64,000 nucleotides of DNA from an uncultured Bacteroidales bacterium (GCA_964456285.1 CAYWBC010000006.1:4035-68034); one strand, 5' to 3'. Shown: positions 9,749 through 20,659, numbered from the stretch's first letter. The notes: generated by a model from the sequence alone, not told the origin. Made by a program: numbers and translations.

Positions 9749-10804
9749 TCAACGATTTTTATATTGCTTATGATAATATTCTTCGTATTCGCCGGAAGTA
9801 ATGTTATTTATCCATCCTTCATTCTCCAGGTACCAGTCAACTGTAATTTCTAATCCTTGTTCAAAAGTGACAGACGGTTGCCATTGAAGCTCATTTTGAA
9901 GCTTTGTTGAGTCAATTGCATAGCGCAGATCATGGCCGGCACGATCTTTTACAAATGTGATTAGTTTTTCAGAAGCACCTTCTTTTCTGCCAAGTTTTTT
10001 GTCCATCACCCTACACAACAAATAAATAAGATCTATATTCTTCCATTCATTATTGCCTCCAATATTGTATGTTTCACCTAAAATTCCATTATGATAAATA
10101 TTGTCAATAGCCCTGGCATGATCTACTACATATAACCAGTCACGAATATTTTCTCCTTTACCATAAACTGGAATTGGCTTATTGTTCTTTATGTTATTTA
10201 TCGAAAGTGGAATGAGTTTCTCTGGAAATTGATTCTGACCATAGTTATTTGAGCAATTTGAAATAACAATAGGCAGATTATAGGTATTATAATAAGCTCT
10301 TACAAAATGATCACTGCTGGCTTTAGAAGCGGAATAAGGACTTTTTGGATCGTATGCTGTGGATTCAAGAAAGTATCCACTATCATCCAAGGATCCATAT
10401 ACTTCATCAGTAGAGATATGGTAGAACAATTTATCCTGAAATTTAGATTTCCACTGCTTCAGACAGGCATTCAACAGATTTACTGTACCAACAACATTTG
10501 TGAAAACAAATTCCATCGGATTCTCAATTGATCTATCAACATGCGATTCAGCAGCAAGGTGAATTACTCCATCAACATGAAATTTTTCAAAAACAAAACT
10601 TAATTCTTCAGGGTTTACAATATCGGCTTTTTCAAAGTGATAATTTTTGGCTTTCTCAAGATCTTTAAGATTTTCCAAGTTGCCGGCATAGGTTAGTTTG
10701 TCAATATTGACTATTGTGTAATCAGGATAGTTTAATACAAACTGACGCACAACATGAGACCCAATAAAACCAGCCCCGCCGGTAATAACAATTGTTTTAT
10801 TCAT
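9749..10804 (-). CDS. rfbB: dTDP-glucose 4,6-dehydratase
   Basis: TGGAGFIGS, DKLTYAGN, AAESHVDRSI, STDEVYG, YSASK, RAGHDLRY. Confidence 0.96.
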   Translation of the reverse strand: MNKTIVITGGAGFIGSHVVRQFVLNYPDYTIVNIDKLTYAGNLENLKDLEKAKNYHFEKADIVNPEELSFVFEKFHVDGVIHLAAESHVDRSIENPMEFVFTNVVGTVNLLNACLKQWKSKFQDKLFYHISTDEVYGSLDDSGYFLESTAYDPKSPYSASKASSDHFVRAYYNTYNLPIVISNCSNNYGQNQFPEKLIPLSINNIKNNKPIPVYGKGENIRDWLYVVDHARAIDNIYHNGILGETYNIGGNNEWKNIDLIYLLCRVMDKKLGRKEGASEKLITFVKDRAGHDLRYAIDSTKLQNELQWQPSVTFEQGLEITVDWYLENEGWINNITSGEYEEYYHKQYKNR

Positions 10805-10812
10805 AATTCTGA

Positions 10813-11835
10813 TTACTCATTGTTTCTGATTTTCTTCTCCCATTCCCAGGCTGATTTTAAAGTCTCATCCAATGGAGTATCTGATTGCCAGCCTAGTTCT
10901 TTATTTGCATAAGAAGTATCCGCCCATACCTTATCGATATCCCCTTCTCGTCTGCCAACAATTTCATAGTTCACTTTTTTATCAGTTACTTTTTCGAATG
11001 TTTTAATGATTTCCAGAACAGAATTACCGTTCCCGGTACCTAAATTAAATACTTCAAAATTTTGTTTGTTTTCATTGTTCAGCATTCTTTTAACAGCAAT
11101 AACATGTGCTTTAGCCAGATCACAGACATAAATATAATCTCTGATGGCTGTTCCATCAGGTGTATTATAATCATTTCCAAATACCCTGAGTTTTTCTCTG
11201 AGTCCAAAAGCCGTTTGAGTAACAAAGGGAACAAGATTTTGAGGGACACCCAGAGGCAATTCACCTATTAACGATGTTTTATGCGCACCAATAGGATTAA
11301 AATACCTAAGGGAAATGGCTTTCATTTGAGGGTTTGCATAAATTGTATCCTGTAAGATCTCTTCAGAAATCTGCTTGGTATTCCCATAGGGAGACATGGC
11401 TTTTTTGATAGGCGCATTTTCATTTACTGGAAGTTCATCAGGCTGACCATATACAGTACAGGAAGATGAGAATACAAAGGATGAAGTATTGTATTCTCTC
11501 ATTGCCATCAGAAGATTAATCAGAGAGGCAATATTGTTGTTGTAATATTCAAGAGGTTTCTCAACCGATTCACCAACTGCTTTATAAGCAGCAAAATGGA
11601 TAATGGCATGAATAGAATATTTCTTAAAAAGTGAAAATACTTTTGATTTATCACAAAGATCAAATTTTTCAAATTTGGGCCTTATACCTGATATTTGTTC
11701 AATTCCATCCAATACTTCAATCTTTGAATTGGAAAGATTATCAACTATAACAACCTGATAACCATTCTCGATTAACTCAACAGCAGTATGGGAACCAATA
11801 TATCCGGTACCTCCTGTTACTAGAATAGTATGCAT
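10813..11835 (-). CDS. galE: UDP-glucose 4-epimerase
   Basis: TGGTGYIGSH, HFAAYKAVGES, YGNTK, LRYFNPIGAH, DGTAIRDYI. Confidence 0.95.
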   Translation of the reverse strand: MHTILVTGGTGYIGSHTAVELIENGYQVVIVDNLSNSKIEVLDGIEQISGIRPKFEKFDLCDKSKVFSLFKKYSIHAIIHFAAYKAVGESVEKPLEYYNNNIASLINLLMAMREYNTSSFVFSSSCTVYGQPDELPVNENAPIKKAMSPYGNTKQISEEILQDTIYANPQMKAISLRYFNPIGAHKTSLIGELPLGVPQNLVPFVTQTAFGLREKLRVFGNDYNTPDGTAIRDYIYVCDLAKAHVIAVKRMLNNENKQNFEVFNLGTGNGNSVLEIIKTFEKVTDKKVNYEIVGRREGDIDKVWADTSYANKELGWQSDTPLDETLKSAWEWEKKIRNNE

Positions 11836-11838
11836 TTT

Positions 11839-12414
11839 TTAAATTTTTTGAACGTTATTATTGACTAGTTTGTATTTTTCATCACTTTCCGGACAAACAG
11901 CAAAACCATCTTCATTAAATTGTAATTTGTGACCGTACTCACTGACCCAAGCTGTTTGTTTTGAAGGGTTTCCAAGAACAAGAGCATAAGCTGAAACATT
12001 TTTGGTAACCACAGATCCTGCACCAATAAGTGCATATTCACCAATGGTAATTCCACAAATTATAGTAGCATTGGCACCGATTGTAGCACCTTTTTTCACT
12101 TGAGTTTTGATGTATTCATCGTGACGGATAATTGCACTTCGTGGATTTAGTATATTGGTGAACACCATCGAAGGTCCAAGAAAAACATCATCCTCACAAA
12201 TAACTCCTGTATAAATGGAAACATTGTTTTGAACTTTTACATTTGATCCTAAAATCACATCCGGAGAAACAACAACATTTTGTCCAATATTGCATTTTTC
12301 TCCAATTTTACTTCCAGTCATAATATGAGAAAAATGCCAGATTTTTGTGTTATTCCCAATTTGGCATCCTTTGTCAATTATAGCGGTCGGATGAGCATAA
12401 AAGTTATCTTTCAT
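11839..12414 (-). CDS. wbpD: Hexapeptide-repeat N-acetyltransferase, WbpD/WlbB-like (UDP-3-amino-GlcNAcA N-acetyltransferase)
   Basis: [34 protein letters not shown]; adjacent to a DegT aminotransferase. Confidence 0.8.
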   Translation of the reverse strand: MKDNFYAHPTAIIDKGCQIGNNTKIWHFSHIMTGSKIGEKCNIGQNVVVSPDVILGSNVKVQNNVSIYTGVICEDDVFLGPSMVFTNILNPRSAIIRHDEYIKTQVKKGATIGANATIICGITIGEYALIGAGSVVTKNVSAYALVLGNPSKQTAWVSEYGHKLQFNEDGFAVCPESDEKYKLVNNNVQKI

Positions 12415-12417
12415 GTC

Positions 12418-13530
12418 TTAATTGTTAATATATTCTTCTATCTTATCGCAAATATATTCCTGTTGATCAGCGCTCATTTCTGTATGCATAGGTAAGGAAA
12501 GGACCATTTGCGTGAGTTTTTCAGTTACAGGAAATTTACCTTGTGCCTGAAATGCTTTTTGTGAATGAAGAGGAACAGGATAATATATCATTGAAGGAAT
12601 ATCCATATCAGTTAAATATTTTTTCAGAGCATCGCGGTCTCCATTATACTTAATAGTATACTGGTGAAAAACATGGGTTGAATACTCTGGTATTACAGGC
12701 ACTTCAATGTTCTGTAACTTACTTAATCTGGACGAATAGTAGGCTGCAACTTTTTGCCTTGATTCAATATATTGATCAAGGTATTTAAGTTTTTCATTAA
12801 GAATTGCAGCTTGAATTGTATCAAGACGAGAATTTACTCCAATTTCATCGTTGTAATATTTTACTCTTGCACCATGATTTGCAATGCATTTCATTTTCTC
12901 GGCCAAAGTATCGTTCTGTGTCATTAATGCACCTCCATCGCCAAAACAACCTAATACTTTCGAAGGGAAAAATGAAGTGCATCCAATTGACCCCAAGGTT
13001 CCGGCCTTACCAGATAATGCTCCATTATCGTATGTTGCTCCTAATGCTTGTGCATTGTCCTCAATGAGATATAAATTATTTTCTTTTGCGATTTCTAACA
13101 ATTCCTTCATGTTTGCACATAAGCCATAAAGGTGTACAGGCAGAATAACTTTTGTTTTGTTGGTTATAGCTTTTCTCACCTTGTCAGGATCAATATTAAA
13201 TGTTGCAGGATCAACATCTACAAATACAGGTTTGAGCTTAAGCAGTGATATCACTTCTGCTGTTGCTATAAATGAAAAGTCAGGAGTAATTATTTCATCT
13301 CCCGGCTTTAAATCGAGTGACATTAGAGCTATTTGCAGAGCATCCGTGCCATTGGCACATCCAATAACATGTTTAGCGTTTAAATATTTTGCTAGATTTG
13401 ATTGAAATTCATTGACTTGCGGTCCTTTTATAAATGCCGCTGAATCAATAACCTGTTGGATTGCTCCATCAATACCAGGTTTAATTTTTTGGTATTGGCC
13501 GGTTAAATCGACCATCTTTAAAGGCTTCAT
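12418..13530 (-). CDS. DegT/DnrJ/EryC1/StrS PLP-dependent sugar aminotransferase (WbpE-like)
   Basis: NGTDAL, VHLYG, IEDNAQA, SFFPSKVLGCFGDGG, NSRLD. Confidence 0.88.
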   Translation of the reverse strand: MKPLKMVDLTGQYQKIKPGIDGAIQQVIDSAAFIKGPQVNEFQSNLAKYLNAKHVIGCANGTDALQIALMSLDLKPGDEIITPDFSFIATAEVISLLKLKPVFVDVDPATFNIDPDKVRKAITNKTKVILPVHLYGLCANMKELLEIAKENNLYLIEDNAQALGATYDNGALSGKAGTLGSIGCTSFFPSKVLGCFGDGGALMTQNDTLAEKMKCIANHGARVKYYNDEIGVNSRLDTIQAAILNEKLKYLDQYIESRQKVAAYYSSRLSKLQNIEVPVIPEYSTHVFHQYTIKYNGDRDALKKYLTDMDIPSMIYYPVPLHSQKAFQAQGKFPVTEKLTQMVLSLPMHTEMSADQQEYICDKIEEYINN

Positions 13531-13715
13531 CGTTTTTTAATTGGTACGAAAATAAGATTTTTATAGCAACCTTCCTAAGGCTATGTTTCTTAACCAGAGT
13601 AAATGAAAAACTGGATTATCTTTTGCATATTGTATTTATAGTGTTCATAATTATTTGCAGTTATTAATTCATATTTTTGTGAGCGAGCTTATTTTTAAGA
13701 CATAAAAGATAAAAA

Positions 13716-14711
13716 TTGGATATTACTCCCTTCATAAGAGAATTAATTGTTCAAAACGAGTGTGTTATTTTAAGAGGAATTGGCGGATTTGAAACTTCTT
13801 ACAAACATGCTACGCTCGATAAGAAGCGAAAAATTCTTATTCCTCCAAGCAAAAAAATCAATTTCCGGCCAGATTTGATAAAGGACAATGGTGTTCTTGA
13901 GGCTTACCTTGCTGCAAACCTTGAAATTACTGATGCAAAAGCTTCTGCTGCAATAGATGAATTTGTGCAATGGTTCTTTAATGCGATTAAAGAAAAAGGT
14001 GAAGTGTTTCTAAAGGGAATTGGAGAATTCAGATTTGATGAGAAAAACAATATTGTATTTTCTGATATAGAGAATGAGAATTATTTGGCCGAATCCTTTG
14101 GATTGGATTCACTTGTATTTGAAAATGAGTTCAAAGAAGATGATACAGGGAAGATAGTGTTAAAACCAGTGCCTATGCAAAAAAGAAAACTTACCGGTTG
14201 GTATGTTACTATTGGCATACTTCTGTTATTGGTATCAGTAACAACACTTATTCTTATTTCCACCAGTAAAGGAGTTACTGTATTTCATCGGTCTGATAGT
14301 GGATCAAAGAAAAATGGCAAGGAAGAAATGATTTTCGGAGGAACGAATAAAGCTTTAGAGGATTCTATAATTAAGTCTATTGAAAGATCACTAAGCGAAA
14401 GTACTGTACCAAAAAAAGCCCTGGCAGTACCACCAACCCAAAAAACAGCTCCAGAAATTACAGCAAATACCTATGGGGCACAGTATTATTTGGTGGCAGG
14501 CAGTTTTAAAAGCAGTAAAAATGCTGATATATTAAAAGCTCAACTAAAGCGTAAAGGATTCAATCCTGAAATAATGATTACAGGAGAATATTATTACAGG
14601 GTTATTGTTGGTGCTTTTTCTGACCGAAAAGAAGCAATAGCTGAATTAAGACGTATCAGAGGGCAAATTGACCAATCAGTTTGGTTGTTTGAAGATAATA
14701 GCCTTAACTGA
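13716..14711 (+). CDS. HU-like (HU-CCDC81-type) N-terminal domain, single TM, C-terminal SPOR domain protein
   Basis: TTG start; N-terminus '[10 protein letters not shown]...IPPSKKINF' and second '[11 protein letters not shown]' HU-like repeat; TM at about aa 161-182; SPOR motif [12 protein letters not shown]...YYRVIVG. Confidence 0.72.
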   Translation: MDITPFIRELIVQNECVILRGIGGFETSYKHATLDKKRKILIPPSKKINFRPDLIKDNGVLEAYLAANLEITDAKASAAIDEFVQWFFNAIKEKGEVFLKGIGEFRFDEKNNIVFSDIENENYLAESFGLDSLVFENEFKEDDTGKIVLKPVPMQKRKLTGWYVTIGILLLLVSVTTLILISTSKGVTVFHRSDSGSKKNGKEEMIFGGTNKALEDSIIKSIERSLSESTVPKKALAVPPTQKTAPEITANTYGAQYYLVAGSFKSSKNADILKAQLKRKGFNPEIMITGEYYYRVIVGAFSDRKEAIAELRRIRGQIDQSVWLFEDNSLN

Positions 14712-16743
14712 TAGGACTTCCTGGTTGCACTGTTTCATCAGGACTAACAAATTTCAAAGAGCCATCTTCATCCTCGGCCATTAATATCATTCCCTGAGAT
14801 TCAATTCCTCGAATTTTTCTTGGTTCAAGGTTTGTAAGTATTGACACTTGTTTTCCAATGATTTTCTCCGGTTCGAAAAATTCAGCGATACCAGAAACAA
14901 CAATACGCTGATCAATACCGGTATCTATTGTAAGCTGCATTAACTTTTGAGTTTTTGGAACCTTCTCAGCTTTAAGAATTGTACCGATACGAATATCCAG
15001 TTTGGAAAAATCATCGTAAGTAATAGCTTCTTTTTGTGGATTCACGGCTTTATTTTTTGTGGCGTTTTGTTCCTTAATATTTTTTAGCTTTTCGAGTTGC
15101 TTCTCAATTACATCATCTTCTATTTTTTCAAACAGCAATTCTGTTTTGTTAATCTTGTGGCCTGATTTCAGAAGCTCATGGGAGCCGATCATTGCCCATG
15201 GTGCGGGATCAATGTTAAGAAAACGGGCAATCTTTTCACTGGTCTTGGGTAGGAAAGGTAAAAACAAGGTTACCAGATTTGCAGTAATTTGCAGTGAGAT
15301 ATTCATAATAGTTTTTACCCTGTCAGGATCTGTTTTTTGTAAACTCCAGGGTTCCGTATCAGCAAGGTATTTATTACCTAAGCGGGCCAGGCCCATGGCA
15401 TAATTGAGAGACTCCCTGATACGAAAATTTTCAAGACTGTTTTCAACCGATGCCTTAATCTTTAATATCTCAGCAAGGGTTTCATTATCGTAATCAGTTA
15501 ATGAATTCAATTCAGGAACTTTGCCATCGTAGTATTTCTGTGTTAGAACAAGGGAACGATTTACAAAATTGCCCAGAACAGCAACCAGTTCATTATTGTT
15601 TCTGGCCTGATAATCTTTCCATGTGAAGTCATTGTCTTTAGTCTCAGGCGCATTCGCACATAACACATACCTTAGAACATCTTCTTTGCCGGGAAAATCT
15701 TCAAGGTATTCATGAAGCCATACTGCCCAGTTGCGTGATGTGGAGATTTTATCTCCTTCAAGGTTAAGAAATTCATTTGCCGGAACATTTTCCGGAAGAA
15801 TATAACTTCCCTCAGTTTTTAACATGGTGGGGAAAATTATGCAATGAAATACGATATTATCCTTTCCAATGAAATGAATCAATCTTGTATCATCTTGTTT
15901 CCAATACTTTTCCCAGTCTGTTGTTAACTCCTTAGTAGCTGAGATGTATCCCAAAGGTGCATCGAACCAAACATAGAGAACTTTGCCTTCAGAACCTTTT
16001 ATTTCTTTTGGAACAGGCACTCCCCAATCCAGATCTCTGCTCACAGCCCTGGGTTGCAGACCAGCATCGAGCCAGGATTTGCACTGTCCGTAAACATTCA
16101 CTTTCCAGTGCTTATTTTCTTCCAGAATCCATTTCTTCAGAAAGCCTTCGTATTTATCAAGAGGAAGGAACCAATGCAATGTCTCTTTCAAAACAGGCTG
16201 AGTTCCACTAATGGTCGATTTTGGATTTTTCAGGTCTGTGGGATTTAATGACGACCCACAACTTTCGCACTGATCACCATAGGCAGAGTCGTAGCCACAA
16301 CGTGGACATTCGCCTGTAATGTATCGATCAGCTAAAAACTGATTGGCTTCAGTATCAAAGTATTGCTTGGTAGATTTTTCAATGAATTTTCCTTCATCGT
16401 ATAATTTCTTAAAAAAGTCTGAAGCAAGCTCATAATGGATTGAGGAGGTGGTACGGGAATAGATATCGAAAGAGATACCAAAATCTGCAAAAGCTTTTTT
16501 GATGATTCCATGATAGCGATCTACAATATCCTGGGGCTTAACACCTTCTTCTTTTGCTTTGATAGTGATTGGAACTCCATGTTCGTCTGAACCACAAACA
16601 AAAATTACATCTTCACCTTTAAGTCGGAGGTACCTGACATAAATATCTGCTGGCACATACACCCCTGCAAGATGTCCAATATGAACCGGGCCATTAGCAT
16701 ATGGTAAGGCAGCAGTAATGAGATGTCGTTTGTAATTCTTCAT
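14704..16743 (-). CDS. metG: Methionine--tRNA ligase
   Basis: [19 protein letters not shown], zinc knuckle CPRC..CESC, KISTS, C-terminal tRNA-binding domain. Confidence 0.99.
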   Translation of the reverse strand: MKNYKRHLITAALPYANGPVHIGHLAGVYVPADIYVRYLRLKGEDVIFVCGSDEHGVPITIKAKEEGVKPQDIVDRYHGIIKKAFADFGISFDIYSRTTSSIHYELASDFFKKLYDEGKFIEKSTKQYFDTEANQFLADRYITGECPRCGYDSAYGDQCESCGSSLNPTDLKNPKSTISGTQPVLKETLHWFLPLDKYEGFLKKWILEENKHWKVNVYGQCKSWLDAGLQPRAVSRDLDWGVPVPKEIKGSEGKVLYVWFDAPLGYISATKELTTDWEKYWKQDDTRLIHFIGKDNIVFHCIIFPTMLKTEGSYILPENVPANEFLNLEGDKISTSRNWAVWLHEYLEDFPGKEDVLRYVLCANAPETKDNDFTWKDYQARNNNELVAVLGNFVNRSLVLTQKYYDGKVPELNSLTDYDNETLAEILKIKASVENSLENFRIRESLNYAMGLARLGNKYLADTEPWSLQKTDPDRVKTIMNISLQITANLVTLFLPFLPKTSEKIARFLNIDPAPWAMIGSHELLKSGHKINKTELLFEKIEDDVIEKQLEKLKNIKEQNATKNKAVNPQKEAITYDDFSKLDIRIGTILKAEKVPKTQKLMQLTIDTGIDQRIVVSGIAEFFEPEKIIGKQVSILTNLEPRKIRGIESQGMILMAEDEDGSLKFVSPDETVQPGSPIS

Positions 16744-16821
16744 TTTTTGATCTGATTTTTTATCCGATGAGAGTATTTATTTGAAATCTAATTTGTGTAA
16801 ATTTCAATTTGAAATATCCGG

Positions 16822-16829
16822 CAAAGATA
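16822..16829 (-). promoter_or_regulatory. Putative -7 promoter element (TATCTTTG) for metG
   Basis: TAnnTTTG match on the minus strand about 80 nt upstream of the ATG. Confidence 0.5.
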
Positions 16830-16872
16830 TGGAAAAGCAGTATTTTAGGAAATATTTATACACCAAACTTAC

Positions 16873-17787
16873 ATGGGTACTTTAACAGCTCCTCCAGCTT
16901 TGAAAGAGGGCGATGAAATACGAATAGTTGCTCCGGCAAGTATTGTTAAAAAGGAATCTGTTGATAAAGCAACAGAAGTTCTGTCAGAGCTTGGATATCA
17001 GATAACACTCGGCAAGCATATTTTTTCTGAATACAATCAGTTTGCGGGAAGTGATGCCGAACGATTATCTGATTTCCAGGATGCAATAGATGATCATAAT
17101 GTTAAAGCTATATTTTGTGCGCGTGGAGGTTATGGATCTCTTAGGATCATTGATAAAATAGAATTCTCAGGTTTTCAGCATAGGCAAAAATGGATTGTTG
17201 GATTTAGTGATATTACTGTATTTCATTCTTTAATAAATCAAAAATACAATACAGCAACAATTCATGCTCCTATGCCAATTAATAGTGGTAGTTCCCATTT
17301 TACAGACAATCTTGGTCAGCTCAATAACTTATTCACAGGGGAGAGGAATGATATATCCCTTCCTTATCATTCTTTAAACAGGAAAGGCAATTGCAGGGGA
17401 AAACTTCTCGGAGGAAATCTCACTATTATTCACAATTTGCAGTCGACTCCCTATGAATTTAAAACAGATAACTCTATTTTATTTATTGAGGAGGTTGGTG
17501 AACAGCTGTACCACCTTGACAGGATGATGAATAATTTGTTGTTGTCAGGTAAATTGGGAAACCTTAGTGGACTTTTGGTTGGCAGCATGGCTGAAATGCA
17601 GGATAAAAAAAGGCCTTTTGGTAAAACGGCTAACGAAATAATCTTAGATGCAGTTAAGGAGTTTAATTATCCTGTAGCATTTGATTTTCCTGCAGGGCAC
17701 ATTGAGAACAATACGCCATTCTTGTTAGGAACAGAGGTGGAGTTAGAGGTAAATGAGGAAGTGGTTATAATGCATGTAAGTAAATAA
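16873..17787 (+). CDS. LD-carboxypeptidase (peptidase S66)
   Basis: RGGYGS, GFSDIT nucleophile motif, GGNL, FIEEVGE, FPAGH. Confidence 0.92.
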   Translation: MGTLTAPPALKEGDEIRIVAPASIVKKESVDKATEVLSELGYQITLGKHIFSEYNQFAGSDAERLSDFQDAIDDHNVKAIFCARGGYGSLRIIDKIEFSGFQHRQKWIVGFSDITVFHSLINQKYNTATIHAPMPINSGSSHFTDNLGQLNNLFTGERNDISLPYHSLNRKGNCRGKLLGGNLTIIHNLQSTPYEFKTDNSILFIEEVGEQLYHLDRMMNNLLLSGKLGNLSGLLVGSMAEMQDKKRPFGKTANEIILDAVKEFNYPVAFDFPAGHIENNTPFLLGTEVELEVNEEVVIMHVSK

Positions 17788-17820
17788 TTTTATTTTAGTC
17801 AAATATTTTCAAGAGACGCG

Positions 17821-17905
17821 CATCATTGCGAGTGAGGAACGAACGCGGCAATCTGCTTTTTCGAAACCAGATTGCTACTTTCGATAATTCGGGATAGCAA
17901 TTACG
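17821..17905. repeat. Degenerate REP/MITE-like palindromic element
   Basis: GC-richer island with perfect 8-bp inverted repeat GCAATCTG (17848-17855) / CAGATTGC (17868-17875) and an outer CATTGC..GCAAT(T) pair; resembles the 'gtcattgcgag..gcaatct..agattgc..gcaatgac' interspersed-repeat type (from memory). Confidence 0.55.
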
Positions 17906-17931
17906 AAATTCTATTATCAAGATTTATTAAA

Positions 17932-18288
17932 ATGGCAGAACACAATGAAAAAGGCAAGAAGGGCGAAGTTGTAGCTGCTGACTTCATTAAAAAGAAGGGC
18001 TATAAAATTGTAAAATCAAATTGGCGATACAAGCATAAAGAAATTGACATTATAGCATACGATGGAGATGAGCTGGTAATTGTTGAAGTGAAACTCAGGA
18101 GTACAGACTATTTTGGTGACCCCAGTGAAGCGGTTACAAAAAAGAAGCAAAGATACCTGATAGAAGCTGCTGAAGCTTACCTGGATACTATTGCAGAGGC
18201 TCCTGAAGTACGCTTTGATATTATTTCAATAATAGGATCAGATCCGAATTACAAATACCAACACATTACCGATGCATTTAATCCATAA
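17932..18288 (+). CDS. yraN: YraN family (UPF0102) protein
   Basis: GKKGE..A, EIDII, VEVK, RFDII; start moved from 17872 to the ATG at 17932. Confidence 0.9.
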   Translation: MAEHNEKGKKGEVVAADFIKKKGYKIVKSNWRYKHKEIDIIAYDGDELVIVEVKLRSTDYFGDPSEAVTKKKQRYLIEAAEAYLDTIAEAPEVRFDIISIIGSDPNYKYQHITDAFNP

Positions 18289-18290
18289 CT

Positions 18291-18641
18291 ATGAATATCG
18301 AGTCTTTACGAGAATATTGTCTGTCGAAGAAGTTTGTAAGCGAAAGCTTCCCATTCAATGAAACAGCCCTTGTATTTAAGGTGTTTGATAAAATGTTTGC
18401 ATTGCTTGATCTCTCAGAAGATGGGAGAGGAATAAGCCTGAAATGCGATCCGGAGCTGGCCATTGAACTGCGCGAGCATTACCCAGAGGTTACTCCCGGG
18501 TATCATTTTAATAAAAGATATTGGAACGGAGTTAATATTGATGGATCGGTAAGTGATGATCTTATTAAAGAATGGGTAGATCATTCGTATGATGAGGTGG
18601 TGAAGAAACTTCCTAAAAACCAGCAAGAGTTATTGGATTGA
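18291..18641 (+). CDS. MmcQ/YjbR family DNA-binding protein
   Basis: PFNETALVFKV..KMFA, LKCDP, PGYHFNKRYWN, SYDEVV. Confidence 0.9.
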   Translation: MNIESLREYCLSKKFVSESFPFNETALVFKVFDKMFALLDLSEDGRGISLKCDPELAIELREHYPEVTPGYHFNKRYWNGVNIDGSVSDDLIKEWVDHSYDEVVKKLPKNQQELLD

Positions 18642-18655
18642 TAGTTACCTGGATG

Positions 18656-19693
18656 TCACTTAAAATCAATCAGTGCTTTCATTACACCATCCTGGTAGTG
18701 GCTTACCATATCAAATGCCTCCTTTGTTTCTGAAAAATCAAAATGGTGTGTAGGCATCAGGCTAATGTTATACTTCTTATCAGCGATACCTTTAAGTGTT
18801 TCATCAAGTGATTCATTCTGCCTTCTGATATGCGTGATCGATATTTCTTTTCTCCGGCCTATATCAACAGGAATGTTCCAATATTCGAATTCCGGTATGC
18901 CAATGATTATTATTTTGCCTCCTGGTTTTAATAGATGGAATGCCGTATGAAAGGCATCCTGCTGTCCACAACATTCGAATATACAATCGAGCCCTGAAGG
19001 ATTAATTGTAAGAATTTCCTGCTCTATATAACTCTTCTCAGGATTTCCAACATATTTCGCCCCTGTTTTCTCAGCAATTTTTAGCCTCTCTGCTATTTTG
19101 TCGGTAACCATTACCTCAGAAATACCCGAGGCTATTGCTGCCAGATGCACACTCATTCCAATCGGGCCATACCCGAGTATTCCGATGTTATCAGTTGTAT
19201 TAATCTTAGCCTGCTTTACAGCATATACTCCAATTGCCAAGGGTTCTGAGATAGCCGCTTCATCAAAACTCATATTTTCTGGAATCGGGAAGCAACTTGT
19301 TTCGGGCATCACAATAAACTCCGACAAGCATCCCGGAGCCTGACCCGGGCATCCCAGGAATTTAAGATTCCTGCACGTATTGTATCTTCCAGACAAACAC
19401 TGCTTGCATTCAAAACATGGCATTGCAGGTTCTATGGCGATTCTATCACCCTCTCTTACCCTGGATACTCCCGCCCCAACCTTTTCAACTATACCTGCAC
19501 TCTCATGTCCAACCGGAAAGGGGTATTCCACTACCTGGCTGCCGATTTTTCCTGTAGTATAATAATGCACATCGCTACCACAAACTCCTACTGTTTTCAT
19601 ACGGATTAGTACATCTGTATCCTTTTCGATTTTCGGATCGGGTACAGTAAGCATTTTCATTTGCCTGATACCAGTTAGTACAAAGGATTTCAT
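18656..19693 (-). CDS. Zinc-dependent alcohol/polyol dehydrogenase (sorbitol dehydrogenase-like, MDR family)
   Basis: GVCGSDVH, GHE, structural Zn CFECKQC..C, GYGPIG NAD-binding motif. Confidence 0.88.
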   Translation of the reverse strand: MKSFVLTGIRQMKMLTVPDPKIEKDTDVLIRMKTVGVCGSDVHYYTTGKIGSQVVEYPFPVGHESAGIVEKVGAGVSRVREGDRIAIEPAMPCFECKQCLSGRYNTCRNLKFLGCPGQAPGCLSEFIVMPETSCFPIPENMSFDEAAISEPLAIGVYAVKQAKINTTDNIGILGYGPIGMSVHLAAIASGISEVMVTDKIAERLKIAEKTGAKYVGNPEKSYIEQEILTINPSGLDCIFECCGQQDAFHTAFHLLKPGGKIIIIGIPEFEYWNIPVDIGRRKEISITHIRRQNESLDETLKGIADKKYNISLMPTHHFDFSETKEAFDMVSHYQDGVMKALIDFK

Positions 19694-19728
19694 TTATTAC
19701 CCGGGTAATTGTAAAATCAGGAAACCGA

Positions 19729-20640
19729 TTAAAATAATCCCTCTACCGATAAATACCTTTCACCAGTATCGTAATTAAAGCCTAATACTATAGCAGCTTT
19801 TGGAATTTCAGGTAATTTTTTAGCAATAGCAGCGAGTGTTGCTCCTGAGGATATGCCAACAAACAAACCTTCCTCTTTTGCTGCTTTCTGAGCAAATTCA
19901 AAAGCTTCATCTTTCGATACCTGAATTGTTCCGTCAATGGCATCAATATGAAGATTTTCAGGAATAAATCCGGCGCCAATTCCTTGCAAGGGATGAGGCC
20001 CGGGTTTACCACCACCTATAACCGGCGAAGCCTCAGGCTCTACAGCAAATACTTTTAAATGGGAAAATTTTTCTTTTAATACTTCAGCTACTCCGGTGAT
20101 ATGACCTCCGGTTCCAACACCGGTGATCAGGTAATCTATTCCGTCAGGAAAATCACTAGCTATTTCTTGTGCAGTTGCAGTTTTATGAATGTCTATATTG
20201 GCCTGGTTATTAAATTGAGAGGGCATCCATGCTTTACTATCATTGCTGACCATCTCTTCTGCCTTTTCAATTGCACCTTTCATGCCTTTTTCACGTGGAG
20301 TAAGTTCAAATTCGGCGCCATAGGCAGCCATTATTTTTCTTCGTTCAACCGACATAGACTCAGGCATAACCAATATGATTTTGTATTTCTTCACTGCGGC
20401 AACCATGGCCAATCCTATGCCTGTATTTCCTGATGTAGGTTCAATGATTACGGAATCTTTCTTAAGAATACCTTTCTTCTCAGCATCTTCAATCATTGCC
20501 AGGGCAATTCTGTCCTTAATACTTCCACCGGGATTGTTTTTTTCTAGTTTGATCCATACCTCATAATTTTTATCAAACATATTATTGATCTTCAAATGCG
20601 GGGTATTTCCAACTGCTTCTAAAATTGTATTTATTTTCAT
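19729..20640 (-). CDS. cysK: Cysteine synthase A
   Basis: [12 protein letters not shown] lysine, [29 protein letters not shown]; start moved to the ATG at 20640. Confidence 0.96.
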   Translation of the reverse strand: MKINTILEAVGNTPHLKINNMFDKNYEVWIKLEKNNPGGSIKDRIALAMIEDAEKKGILKKDSVIIEPTSGNTGIGLAMVAAVKKYKIILVMPESMSVERRKIMAAYGAEFELTPREKGMKGAIEKAEEMVSNDSKAWMPSQFNNQANIDIHKTATAQEIASDFPDGIDYLITGVGTGGHITGVAEVLKEKFSHLKVFAVEPEASPVIGGGKPGPHPLQGIGAGFIPENLHIDAIDGTIQVSKDEAFEFAQKAAKEEGLFVGISSGATLAAIAKKLPEIPKAAIVLGFNYDTGERYLSVEGLF

Positions 20641-20659
20641 AATGTATTGTTTTCGAGTT

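Noticed and set aside
16744-16821. T-box, SAM riboswitch or leader peptide upstream of metG; also the near-palindrome ATTTCAATTTGAAAT at 16801-16815
   Set aside because: The leader is short, AT-rich, has no ATG and lacks T-box or SAM motifs. The palindrome is almost all A/T and seen only once, so it may be chance.
17932-18641. yraN plus mmcQ as a nuclease/DNA-binding defence or toxin-antitoxin pair
   Set aside because: Both are widespread housekeeping-context families; no defence or mobility genes are nearby.
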